Below are positions 27,850 to 40,622 of a stretch of 64,000 bases of DNA, in pieces. Both the position numbers and the translations under genes were made by a program. The first letter of the stretch is position 1. Each line of letters begins with the position of its first letter. Source of the stretch: Eledone cirrhosa. Lineage: Eukaryota. The stretch covers positions 347,138,001 through 347,202,000 of the forward strand of contig OZ024741.1 in the NCBI GenBank assembly GCA_964016885.1, given 5' to 3'. The notes below the pieces were generated by a model. That model was given only the letters and a program-made list of their open reading frames with translations, was not told the origin of the DNA and ran no database searches.

Positions 27850-28227
27850 CAATAATGTTTTGAACAGTTCTTTGATTATTATATTTTATGTAACTGCTCT
27901 GTAAATCATCTGATGTTTTCACATTGAGCTACTTAACTTACTGGTAATAAGGTAGTAATACATTACTGCCTACCACTATTTAGGGTGTGTGTAAAATACT
28001 TATAACTGCATAAGGTTTTGTATTTACATAACCATAAATAGTATAGCTAATACTATATATATATATATATATAGTAGATTTGTATTCCAATGTTACTAAG
28101 TAGTTGCATTGGATGGAGTCAACCGACGTCGAAGATTGCTCAACGTATAATAAAGTGTGTTTTAAAATCCAGAGAAAATATGGAGAAGAAGTTTATGAAA
28201 CGGAAATGCGGGTATAAAGAATTTATT

Positions 28228-28344
28228 AGGTAACAATTGTTTCTATAGTGTATGGGTTACCTATACCTCGCTATTTGAATAATATAAAAATATTATCATA
28301 AACCGAAGGTACACTGCAAGCAAACACACCATGTCGTCAGACCT
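28228..28344 (-). ncRNA. Hammerhead with a greatly extended stem II (family E), PLE3 3' pLTR
   Basis: AGGU-CUGACGA-C-AUGGUGUGU-[~70 nt nested hairpin]-AUACACUAU-A-GAAAC-AAUU-GUU^ACCU. Confidence 0.72.
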
Positions 28345-28764
28345 TTGTATTGAATTGATATGAACATATTTTATACACTAGATAAAAGAGAAAGAAGGAG
28401 GTAGGAAGAGAAGGGGGAGAGGGAAGTGAGTAAGGGGGAGGGAGTCCTAGGATTTAAGACTGTCAGACTAGTAGAGATTGTAAGGAGAGACTGTTTTGGC
28501 AGCAGTTAGCTTAATGAGGCGTGTTAGGGTTGGCGGGGAAGTAAATTCTTCTAGTGGTGTTGTTCGGACAAAATTTAGTTAAAGGGGTCAAAGTGGTACA
28601 GAGTTACAGACAAGTTATTGGGGCTATTATAGTAGCAGGTTATTTCTAAAGGGGTCCAGAAAACAGTATTTAGTACTACTATTATAGAAAGCCATATCTT
28701 ATGTATAAACATATAAAACAGAAATTTGCAAACGGTGGTGTAAAAAGGTAACATTATATGCATT

Positions 28765-31036
28765 TAAAAAAAGAAAAAGTTGTTTTCAAACGATGGTTAC
28801 AGTATAGTGAACGTTCAATTTTGCTGTTCAAAAGTTTGTTTACCGACGTTAAAATGCAGTATATCTCCAAATTGTATAATTTGCAGAATCGATGATTTTG
28901 CTTACATGCAGGCGCAGCTGAAATAATTTGCCAATCAAGGGAGAATGCTTGATTGTTCCTCCGGAGCTGCCAGGCTTTATCGGCGAGGGTTGTTACGGAG
29001 CGCATTTTCTCGTGCTTGATCGAAGATTGATGTTGGTATAGGCGAGATTTGAAAGAAGTTGCGGTACATCCGACGTAATACCATTTGTTGGTTTCGGAAT
29101 TTATTGTGTATCGGTAGACAATATTGCGTGCTAGGCACTGGTTATTCAGTGGGCACGTACCTGGTTTGGTGCCGTTACAATTATTTTTATGTTTTGCAGT
29201 AGAATCCTGGATAGTTTGGTGGGGTTGTAGTTGCGTGTTAGTGCGTTGTATGTTGCTATGCTGGTGCGCTGAGTCATTAGGGATGTACTTATTTAGTATT
29301 GCTGAGTTGAGTTTTTTAATTAGTTGTTCTATGTTAGGTGCAGTGGAGTATGAGAGTTTAATGGTGCGCGAGTTAAAGATTTTATATTATTTATGTGAAG
29401 TTGTAATGTGTTTATTGATTAGTGTATAGAATTGTGAGATAATCTTAGTGCTAATAGAAATATTGTACACGGGTTATACCATATGTACTCTCTACGTCTG
29501 ACTCTATTTGCTGGTTTGCACTTATTAGTATGCCTATTGATGTGTGTGTGTGGTGCAATACTAGTTCGACTTAGATGTGTTTTATTCATAGTACTTATGT
29601 GGTTATCGTCTAGATATTCTATTTTCTCGCAGTAACCAGCTTTTCTCAGTGTGTCATTATAATATTCAGCATGGTCGTTGAAGGTCTGCAAATTAGACGA
29701 CAGTCGGGAGATCCTTATGGATATATTTTCAGGGATAGATTTAATAATGGAATGGGGATGGTTCGATTTTACATTAAAGTACTTGAGATTTTCATTAAGT
29801 TTGTGAAATGGCTCTATATTACCATTATTAAGGTGTGAAGGTGACATCCAAGAAGTTGACCACCTTAAGATTGTGTTCGAAGGTAATATTAAGCCCTAGT
29901 TCTAAGAAAAGTTTCCTAATGTTTTTACGTCGCCTTTCTAGGTTTTGTTTTTTCATATTCTTGACTAATAGAAGTGTATCGTCGCGGTATATTCCGCCGT
30001 GGAGGTCCGTAAATTCGCTCTGGAGTCTGTGGGCTATATAGATCCCAACCAGATCCGTGACCTCCGCCGAATCATTAGAACCCATCGTAATGTCGAATTC
30101 CGAGGGTCTATCTCTACGGACCCAATAACTATTTTCAAAATGAACTACTCTGCGTCTAGCTTCAAGTATAATATTAATTTCCTCGTTTGTGAGGTCCGAG
30201 TTAGTCTTAGCGAATGAGAGGGCCTTATGCAGGGTTTCGGGTGAAATAGAGGAATAGTATTCATCTATATCGAATTGAATAAAAGAAGATTTGTTTTTGT
30301 CCCTAATGTTATTGAACCATCTTATTGCTTGTTGAGTATTAACCCATAATTTAATATCTACCTTAGCCTTAACTTGGGGGATAATGCGATCTAATATGTA
30401 CTTACTGATTCTACCTATATCGGACTTTGAAGGACATATTAATCTAATTTTAGGGTTAGTATCAAAGTTATCCTTATAGTCCTTCAGATTAAAAGTCGGT
30501 GTAGCTGGAGATAGGGGTACCGTTCTGTCGTCAATTTTCAGTTTCTTAACAATATCAGATGCTGCGTTATTAATGTTGGTTAGTGTAGTTGCGTTTGTTT
30601 TTTTGTACTTCCTATGTCATTCCTTACGTATAAAATTATTATATGTTTCTACATCAAGGGTGTATAGACTCGGTGTTTTGTCTCCCTTTATGATAATTCC
30701 TTTGGTATTCCTTAGGTTGTCGAGTAGAGTTTTAATATCTCGTTGCAGTTCGTTTTTCCTTCCGTTTGTAAATTTGATTCCGGTTATCATTTTAATTAAG
30801 TCCTGCTCGAAAGAATCCAAAAGAGGGTTAGAGGGTGGGTTTTTGTAGGATTTGAAACCAAACTTATCGTTGTTGGTGTCGGAAGTTTGTGTAATCCTTT
30901 TCCTATCGAAGTGGAAGGCCCTCCATCTAATCCGCCGAATAAATTCGTTGGTCCTTTGTATCATACCAAGAATGTATTCTTTTTTACCCTGAATGGGTAT
31001 GTTTTTTAAGGACATACCCCAATGATGTTTTTCCAT
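28765..31036 (-). pseudogene. PLE3 full-length RT + GIY-YIG ORF with several stops and frameshifts
   Basis: SLKNIP..RRIRWRAFHF, GDKT, MGSNDSAEVTDLVG, YRDD, FLDVT, SNHP, CPLNNQCLARNIVY..YYVG..SFK, LLNSKIE..CNH. Confidence 0.92.
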
Positions 31037-31241
31037 TTCAGAGACGTAGGTTGATAGGTTGCGCGACTGTAAAGGAGTGTGAAGAATTAGTAGATTTGTA
31101 TTCCAATGTTACTCAGTAGTTGCAGTGGATGGAGTCAACCGACGTCGGAGATTGCTCAACGTATAATAAAGTGTTTTAAAATCCGGAGAAAATATGGAGA
31201 AGAAGTTTATGAAACGGAAATGCGGGTATAAAGAATTTATT

Positions 31242-31358
31242 AGGTAACAATTGTTTCTATAGTGTATGGGTTACCTATACCTCGCTATTTGAATAATATA
31301 AAAATATTATCATAAACCGAAGGTACACTGCAAGCAAACACACCATGTCGTCAGACCT
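31242..31358 (-). ncRNA. Family E hammerhead, PLE3 5' pLTR
   Basis: Same sequence as 28228-28344, 3014 bp away. Confidence 0.72.
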
Positions 31359-33516
31359 TTGTATTGGAATGATATGAAAATGTTTTATACACTAGATAAA
31401 AGAGAAAGAAGGAGGTAGGAAGAGAAGGGGAGAGGGAAATGAGTAAGGGGGAGGGAGTCCCAGGATTTAAGACTGTCAGACTAGTAGAGATTGTAAGGAG
31501 AGAATGTTTTGGCAGCAGTTAGCTTAATGAGGCGTGTTAGGGTTGGCGGGGGAAGTAAATTCTTCTAGTGGTGTTGTTCGGACAAAATTTAGTTAAAGGG
31601 CTCAAAGTGGTACAGAGTTACAGACAAGTTATTGGGGCTATTACAGTAGCAGGTTATTTCTAAAGGGGTCCAGAAAACAGTGTTTAGTACTATTATTATA
31701 GAAAGCCATATCTTATGTATAAACATATAAAACAGAAATTTGCAAACGGTGGTGTAAAAAGGTAACATTATATGCATTTAAAAAAAGAAAAAGTTGTTTT
31801 CAAACGATGGTTACAGTATAGTGAACGTTCAATTTTCCTTTTCAAAAGTTTGTTTACCGACGTTAAAATGCAGTATATCTCCAAATTGCATAATTTGCAG
31901 AATCGATGATTTTGCTTACATACAGGCGCAGCTGCAATAATTTGTCAATCAAGGGAGAATGTTTGATTGTCCCTCCGGAGCTGCCAGGCTTTATCGGCGA
32001 GGGTTGGTACGGAGCGCATTTTCTCGTGCTTGATCAAAGATCGATGTTGGTATAGGCGAGCTTTGAAAGAAGTTGCGGTACATCCGACGTAATACCATTT
32101 GTTGGTTCCGGAATTTATTGTACATCGGTAGACAATATTGCGTGCTAGGCACTGGTTATTCAGTGGGATTCTACTGCAAAACATAAAAATAATTGTAACT
32201 GCACCAAACCAGGTACGTGAAAGAATCAATCACGTGACATCGAGGTCAATCAGTGGAAAGGGATTTTCTCAATGGCTAGGAATTCAGTCCACGCTTTGCT
32301 ATTTCCTATCCACTGAATTATTTTTTAATAAGTTTCCAGAGTCCTCGCTTTACCTGGAAACTTAGCTGAGAATAGACTTCCCTGACGACGGAATGTTTTT
32401 CAATATCTTCTTCGGAAAATATATTTACTCCATTCCAGAAACTAATTAGTTGGAAGTGATATTTTAGTAAGTAAGTTAATTTTATAATTTTCTTATTTTA
32501 CGTCTCTCATATTATTGTTCGGCAACCCCATGCATTGAACCACAATGTTACTAAGACAAAACCTATATATTTGCTAGCATTGATATGCATCTGTATGTAT
32601 ATATATGTTACTAGATATTAATTCTTTATATATATATATATATATCTATATTTATCAATGCCAGGACCGATTGTATCTCAGCATACTCTATGGACAATGT
32701 AAGATACATTCCTGGAGTATACACATAGTTATTCACTTCAATACCACACACGTAAAACGGGTGCCTATAATGGTTCCCGGACTTAAGTTTCGGCCGCACT
32801 AAGGCAGCAGTAAAGTACACTGCACCATCCGTCTGCATATATTATGCAACAATGCACAATCGACTTATGCGGCTTCATCAGCGAGTTTCGCCTAATCAAT
32901 AACCAATCGATCGACATAATCCAAACACCAGCCCATGCCTGTCCTGACTGTTTGTGACAACCGACACGGTAAAGCGATTAGCAACTGTCACCCGATAAGA
33001 CTCTATCTCTCGCCTAGCCACCGATTTACAAGTTTTACGTGGTGGCGGGAGACTAGAAAACCAATCTTTTCGTCCCGTCAAAAGGACTTAGCCAACGTGT
33101 CTCACACTCAACTTAAGAGGTGAAAAGATGGCTATTAGAAATAGCAGTCCACATCGCATCGATGGATAATAGAATGGTAGCATTCGGGTCATATCTCCAA
33201 GTCCCGTGGCTAGAGGAAAGAGATAGTAACGATGGTAGTGCCAATAACATTTAACGGACTTTAAATGCGATTATCCATTATAGAGCAATATAGTAGCGTG
33301 CTGAAATGTGTCTGCCGCGTGCGTAGAGAATCAATCTATTTTCACAACTTAAAAGAGTGAGAGACAAAATTAATAGCAGGAAAATAGAGCGCACATCAAA
33401 ACAAAACCACAATAAAAAAGTGAAAAATTGTTTCATTTACTCTCAATAGTCAGCTAGTTGGGAGATAATAATAATAATAAGTTGACGGGCCCAGCATATT
33501 TTTCAATGTCAGTGCA

Positions 33517-33596
<80 letters not shown>

Positions 33597-33777
33597 TATT
33601 TATATATATATAACTTATATATATTTATAACTTATATATATATATATATATATATATAAGTTATAAATATATATAAGTTATATATATATAACTTATATAT
33701 ATATATATATATATAAGTTATCCCGGGTTCAATTGGGGGTAACGACATTAATGCACTCAATACAAAGCAGAGTATAA

Positions 33778-33955
33778 TTGTTTAATATAGAACAGCTTCT
33801 ATAGGACTAGAACTGTTTCATTCGTGAGAAATCACCAGGAAGCTATGTGTCCAAGTAAATGTGGTGGTATTTATATAACAACACCAACGAATACATCTCC
33901 GCCAACAACAGTAACTACAACAATATGACCAGCAACATCACTGGGTTTCATTAGC

Positions 33956-34014
<59 letters not shown>

Positions 34015-34590
34015 TAATATAGAACAGCTTCTACAGGACAAGAAGTGTTTCATTCGTGAGAAATCATCAGGAAGCTGACTGTCCAAGTAAATATGATGGT
34101 ATTTATATATTTTCTGGGGATAGGAGAGGGTGGGGATTGGGATGGGTGGAGGTCATTGGTTGATGGGTCTAAAGAAAAGGGAATTTTAAAATCTAATTCT
34201 TTAAAGCTATAATTTATATTTAGAGTGACAGGCACTCCAATTTGAAATTGTTCATAGAATTCTTTCTGCCTTTGTCACTCTAAATATAAATTATAGCTTT
34301 AAAGAATTAGCTTTTAAAGAATTCCTTTTCTTTAGACCCATCAACCAATGACCTCCACCCATCCCAATCCCCACCCTCTCCTACCACCAGAAAATATATA
34401 AATACCATCATATTTGCTTGGACAGTCAGCTTCCTGATGATTTCTCACGAATGAAACAGTTCTTGTCCTGTAGAAGCTGTTCTATATTAAACAAATATAT
34501 ATATATATACGCTAATGAAACCCAGTGATGTTGCTGGTCATATTGTTGTAGTTACTGTTGTTGGCGGAGATGTATTCGTTGGTGTTGTTG
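33778..34590. mobile_element. Non-coding fold-back/tandem element with three family B hammerheads
   Basis: Inverted arms ~33877-34233 and ~34267-34590; HHRs at 33793-33844 (minus, CUGGUGA mutant), 34025-34077 (minus) and 34427-34479 (plus). Confidence 0.88.
34427..34479 (+). ncRNA. Type I hammerhead with full stems I and III (family B)
   Basis: CAGCUUC-CUGAUGA-U-UUC-UCAC-GAA-U-GAAACAG-UUCUUGUC-CUGUA^GAAGCUG; 7-bp stem I. Confidence 0.9.
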
Positions 34591-36420
34591 TTGCTTTCAC
34601 TCGTTTCCTTTTTGCTGCCGTTTTTGATGTCATCTTTGTTCATTATCCATAATGGAGGTGCTGATCGTGACGGTATTTTTGATCTCAACGTTTAAGCTGT
34701 AATCACACGACAGCAGAATCACAGTTGGCGGGAGTGGCTGCGCCATATTTTTTTGACGATATAATATTTAAAAAGAAAATGAAGTTCAAATATTTGGGCC
34801 CAAAGTTCCAAATTTTATGGGGTCACCTGTACACAGGTCCATGAATGGAGCCTTATATACAGTTCATGAAAAATATTTTCAACAAACTTCACTTTGAAGC
34901 AACTCAAAACAACCAAACGTCTTGAGCTTATGTTAACATGTCCATCGCTCACGAGCCGTAAAATGATAATAATAATAGTAATTGATTTATTTACCAGGGG
35001 AGCAATGAACCAAAATACCTAAATAAATATTATGACGTAGTTTAATGGCTGAAATATATATGTAGTTACGCAATACAAAGCTATGGAATCTGAAAAAGAT
35101 ATAGGTGACCACTATTAAATAGAGAAATGAGAGGAATACAAAGTTAAAGAAACTATAGTAACGCTGAAGGATCATTTTCAGTAGACGTGTTGATAAAAAG
35201 AATATTATGAAGTGATCAATATTTTGAATGTGTGAGTGGGATAATGGATGTAGTTCATTCAAACTTGATGATTGCATGTGGGTTAATGTTTACGTCAGGT
35301 TACTATGCCAACCAACATTCATATGACTAGTGTTTATCACAATTAAACTAATGAACAGATTCCAATCACGCAAATATAATTACAGAACGAAGGTCGGGCG
35401 TTTTGAATTATGACTACGTTTCTTTATCGGGTTCTTTCTTTGTTATATTATTATTGTTTTTGCGCTATATTTCTCGAATATAATTGCGTGAATCATTTCT
35501 AAAATGAATTCCGTCTCTATCATCTTCCCTGTCAGGCAAAATTATTTATTTCAGCAAATGAAGAACTGCGACCTTGTTTTCCATCTCTATGACGTTATAG
35601 AGCAAAATAGAGACATGCACAAACGCAAATAACGCAGACGGTCATACACACAGCCAACACACAAACAAACGCACGTACACGAACAGAAACAGAAACACAC
35701 ATCCATACACAATGAAAGGCACGCAAAAAAGAACACGTATATGCACACTCACGCAAACACATACACATCAAGCTGTAATCATTGCTCAGGAATGTTTCTA
35801 TAGTTGAAATATTCGTTCTGTAACAATTGAATATTAGTTTGACCATAATGTGTAGCATCTGGGACATGTATATATATATATATGTCATTTCGCTGAATTA
35901 ATCTTTTCAAACTAACATCAATACATACGTGGTGGCTGCCAACTCGTTTTCGAGTACGGCCACTACTTGATATCCATGTAGGAGAACCCTTACCGATGCG
36001 CTGAACGAGTGTGACTTTTTAGTCCAGCAAGCTACTTGAAAACTCTGGTACAAACACTACACTTGTGACAATTACTGACACATAGTGCTGGGCCCATGGT
36101 ACCATGTGACGACAAGTGCAGAGAGATCCCCAGATACAAAGCAATGCCTGTGCCGTGAAGCGTTTATAGTGAGCAAAGGCACTTCACAAAGCCAGTCCCA
36201 CTCTCTTAACCAAGATGATTTTTACCAAAAAAAAGAACAAGTCAACATCATAGGATACCTTCAGGGTTGCAGGTGTTATATCAGAGTTTTCTTTCTCCTA
36301 GAATTCTGCTTTGACAAAGGCTAAGAGGTCATCTCTCCCGGTACATACATATATATATACATACACACATACATATAAACATACAGACACACACAATGCA
36401 CACACACACATACACCCTCC

Positions 36421-36477
<57 letters not shown>

Positions 36478-36527
36478 GTAAGTATGTATGTATACGTACA
36501 TAGATAAATGTATACAGACGCACAGTA

Positions 36528-36580
<53 letters not shown>

Positions 36581-36740
36581 CAGGCACACATATATATATG
36601 TACGTATCAGTTTACCGAACATTTATTATAATGTTCGCTTTGTTCGTTTGTAAACAAACGGACAGCCTGATTTAAGCCGTACAGTGTTCATAAGGAAAGT
36701 ATATACTTTCGAACGTTCAACCATCTGGCAGAAAGGTAAA

Positions 36741-36781
36741 CGGTGCTGACGATAGCTAACAAGCTTGAAACTAGTACTTCG
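36741..36781 (+). ncRNA. Family A hammerhead (CUGACGA)
   Basis: CGGUG-CUGACGA-UAGCUAACAAGCUU-GAAAC-UA-GUA^CUUCG; one stem I mismatch. Confidence 0.85.
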
Positions 36782-36931
36782 TTCCTGTGTCAGTGTTGAA
36801 CAAAAATGTGACGTGGTTGCCTGAACACTGTACGGCGTAAATCAGGCTGTCCTTTTGTTTACAAACAAACAAAGCGAACATTATAATAAATGTTCGGTAA
36901 ACTGATACGTACATATATATATATGTGCCTG

Positions 36932-36976
<45 letters not shown>

Positions 36977-37211
36977 GCTGACCGTACGTCTGTATACATA
37001 TATGTATGTATGTATACATACATACTTACATTTAAGTAAGTGCCGTACTAAGAGTGAGACATGAAATTTCGTTTCATTCTATTCCATTTATCGTTTTCGG
37101 TGCGCCTGGCCGACTGAACTCACTCGATATGCAAATTAGGCTGCTCAGCCGTTAATTTTCATAAGGAACGTATATACTTTCGAACGTTCAACCATCTGGC
37201 AGAAAGGTATA

Positions 37212-37252
37212 CGGTGCTGACGATAGCTAACAAGCTTGAAACTAGTACATCG
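37212..37252 (+). ncRNA. Family A hammerhead (CUGACGA), intact
   Basis: CGGUG-CUGACGA-UAGCUAACAAGCUU-GAAAC-UA-GUA^CAUCG. Confidence 0.88.
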
Positions 37253-37406
37253 TTCCTGTGTCAGTGTTGAACAAAAAGGTGACGTGGTTGCCTGAACACT
37301 GTACGGCGTAAATCAGGCTGTCCGTTTGTTTACAAACGAACAAAGCGAACATTATAATAAATGTTCGGTAAACTGATACGTACATATATATATGTGTGCC
37401 TGTATG

Positions 37407-37469
<63 letters not shown>

Positions 37470-37580
37470 GCTACTGTACGACTGTATACATATATGTATG
37501 TACGTATACATACATACTTACATTTAAGTAATTGCCGTACTAAGAGTGAGAAATGAAATTTCGTTTCATTCTATTCCATT

Positions 37581-37659
<79 letters not shown>

Positions 37660-39636
37660 GTGTGTGTACGTAGGTATATATTATGGAAATTGAAGTAACC
37701 CAGAGATAAATTAGAAAAGATGACAGACAGTATGACGGGTTTTTATTAGTGGGATCGTTTCGAAAACTCTCTCCAATGACACTGTGAGCTCTAAAGCATG
37801 TGTATGATGTGCAAAATATTCCATCTAGACTGCCCAAATAATGATGGCATCTACATAAATATTGGTTCCCGTACTAATTGTACACTGCAAAAATCGGACT
37901 CACATCTCATAACTATATTACGATAGTAGTATTTCAAATCTACTGACCACTTGGTCTTTAGTAACATAACAAAATAGATCTAAAAGAAAGAGATCGTGAA
38001 AATGTAATTTATATCTCAAAAGATCCCTCTAAGAAATTCCACATAAACATTTTATCCCTGATACGTCCCTGAATACAAAAACGTGTTACTAGTGTGGTCT
38101 ATGATGTTCAAGACTTGAATGAGGTGTGTATCAACATATGAAACATGGCTTCAGATAATACTGACGGAAACCTGTCAAGTTATCAAGGAATATGAATGTG
38201 TATGTTCACACGTTCACTTCAATGAAGGTTCATGTTTTAGTTGTTAGAGAATTGGATTTGCAACACGGTGAGGAGTTGCTCTTCATGCCACGGTAAATAG
38301 GATCAACAATGGAAATAACAATGGAAACATTGTTGCCTTTGACCGATATGGCAAGCTCCACTCTCTGGGTAAGCTAACTGGTCGATCGATTCAATCAGTG
38401 TGCAAACGAGTGTGTATTTATTATTTTCGACATGTTAATATATTCATTAAAATATTGAATAATGTAAATAGGTTATATTCGCAAAACTTTTAAATCTATT
38501 TAAATATAGGCGGTGATAAATGAAAATTATATAATATTGGGCTTTGCATTTCGATGACTATCATTTATATACAATAAAATGAAACAAAAATATACTTGTA
38601 TATAAAATATAATTATTGTGAATGTGTATGTATATTGTATCAATGTGACAAAAATCTGCATTTTCTACATATTTCTACTATCTTACATATCAGTGGATTT
38701 CCGTATAGTAAACTACATATCGAATTTTGTACATCCCTCTTTTCATGCAACGTATCAATGTTCAGCAGCTGGGAACAGTGCAATTATAAATTTATCGATA
38801 GGTATATTCGTTTTGAATATGACAGGTCTTCAAATATTGTATATCGATTTATAATTTTCTGTCACTCATAAGCTTAAGCCACGGTCTGCTTAAAAGTTGT
38901 TTATAATTAAGAATTTCGGTGTGAACTAATTTCACTATATCCGTTTTGGAACCTAAAGTGAAACGGCAAATGAGAATAGCTATTTTTGCTTAATTGAATT
39001 GTATTGGGGTGCAACACTCTTGGTCCAATTTACAAATTATTTTAGTTGATTATTAGCGTCAGAATAGATTTGCCAGTAATGACATGCCATGGGTTATAAT
39101 TACTTTCTCCACGAGAAACATAATATATATATTGGAATTGTTAATTTTCATTTCTGTAAAATAATTGTTGCATGATGCGGTTAACATGTTTTAAGACAGG
39201 CAAATAATGAGGTAAAAGTGATCCCGCGTCATTTTAAATATTCTATATAACGGAGTATATTTTTCTATCTTTGAACTCACTTATGGAAGAACTGAAATAA
39301 ATTAAATTAAATTATCTAAGTGTCATCACTTATTGTATTTGATGTTATTATGTCAGTCTTATATATTTCAATTTAATTTTTTTCAAATATCCTACATATT
39401 ATTGATGCAATGTAGAAAAACTTCACTGAGAAGCAATATATTTAAATTTTTACTTTGTATCCGTAGACCATATAAAAGAAAATCTAAAGTACATTATTAT
39501 TAAGTCCTAAACACAGTTGCATCCAACTTAAGATTTCATAATGTAGTGTAGCATAGACCTCTAAGATCTATACTGGTGAATGGAGTGAAACCTTAGGTAG
39601 CATACAATTGTGTTGAAAGTCAATATATATATATAT

Positions 39637-40360
39637 GCTGATCGATTTCGATGTCCTGTTTTAAGCGCTGAAATGTCTATGATCGTGGTTAACAACTGAT
39701 GAAGGGTTTCTTCTCTTGTATACGTCCCTATTACTATATTACACTTTGTTTACAGTAACCACAGAGCCCACTACATTTTGCTCAATTTGTGATCCCACCA
39801 CGCTTTCATATCGACTCGCTCCTCTGTCTCCCCTTTTTTCTCTCTTGTTTTCTCATACTCTCTCTCTCTCTTTCTCTCTATCTATCTATCTCTATCCATT
39901 TGCTCGTTTTCGACCGTTTTTACACATGTCGTAAAACCCTTTTGGATTATCTCCCTTTCCCTTCTCCCTCTCTCTTCCGGTTTCTCCGTCTCTCGCTCGC
40001 TCTCTCTCTCTCTACACTCACTTTGCTGAGATCGCACGGAAAAACACCGCTCCGCAGTTATTAATCGGTTCGGTGTAACTTATTCTATTTTCTCCTCGGT
40101 TACTCAGTTGCACGTACCATTGTCCTGGGTTCCCCGCTCCATTCGGTTTGTTTACTTCGGTTTTTTCTCTTTCCTTTTTCCTATTTCTTCTTCTCTCATC
40201 AGTATTTTTTTTTTTATCCCTCATGGCCTTTTGATCGATGAAAGGCCTTGTTCGCACTGCTGATCAATTTTGTTGTCCTGTTTTAAGCGCCGAAACTTCT
40301 ATGATCACAGTTAACAGCTGATGAAGGGTTTCTTCTCTTGTTTACGTCCCAATTACTATC

Positions 40361-40365
<5 letters not shown>
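39637..40365 (+). mobile_element. ~730-bp element with ~110-bp terminal direct repeats, inserted in (TA)n
   Basis: gctgatc...gtcctgttttaagcgc...ctgatgaagggtttcttctcttg..tacgtccc.attactat occurs at 39637-39745 and 40259-40365. Confidence 0.7.
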
Positions 40366-40434
<69 letters not shown>

Positions 40435-40483
40435 CATACATATACATACATACATACATACATACATACATACATACATACAT

Positions 40484-40529
<46 letters not shown>

Positions 40530-40588
40530 AGAGAGAGAGGGAGAGAGAGATAGGCAGATTGATAGGTAGATAGTTTCAGTGTTATTGC

Positions 40589-40622
<34 letters not shown>

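Larger units (their letters stand above)
24222..28053 (-). mobile_element. Penelope-like element PLE2 (Naiad-type), 5'-truncated with an inverted pLTR
   Basis: 24222-24806 is duplicated in inverted orientation at 27269-27887; ORF on the minus strand; HHR in both arms; TA tracts at both ends. Confidence 0.92.
28072..32219 (-). mobile_element. Penelope-like element PLE3 (Naiad-type): full-length unit with partial-tandem pLTRs and a short 5' inversion
   Basis: Direct repeats 28072-29153 and 31088-32167; 32166-32219 is an inverted copy of 29154-29208; the 3' end abuts (TA)n. Confidence 0.93.
36475..37580 (+). mobile_element. Dispersed ~2-unit copy of the family A retrozyme-like repeat with a 5' inverted segment
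   Basis: 36689-37580 is the reverse complement of the array unit (diverged, ~471-bp period); 36475-36690 is in the opposite orientation; (TA)n on both sides. Confidence 0.9.

Noticed and set aside
30617-30619. In-frame TGA in PLE3 as selenocysteine (some Naiads encode selenoproteins)
   Set aside because: It aligns to Leu in PLE4 (ELHRNYKK), not Cys. Stops in PLE2 and PLE4 are TAA/TAG, their Cys motifs use normal codons, and no SECIS was identified.
32378-32432. CTGACGA...GAAAATATATTT hammerhead-like motif
   Set aside because: Stem I cannot pair and stem II is weak; may be chance in AT-rich DNA.
37700-38460. Possible decayed DNA-transposon coding remnant
   Set aside because: No open frame or motif that I can identify with confidence.
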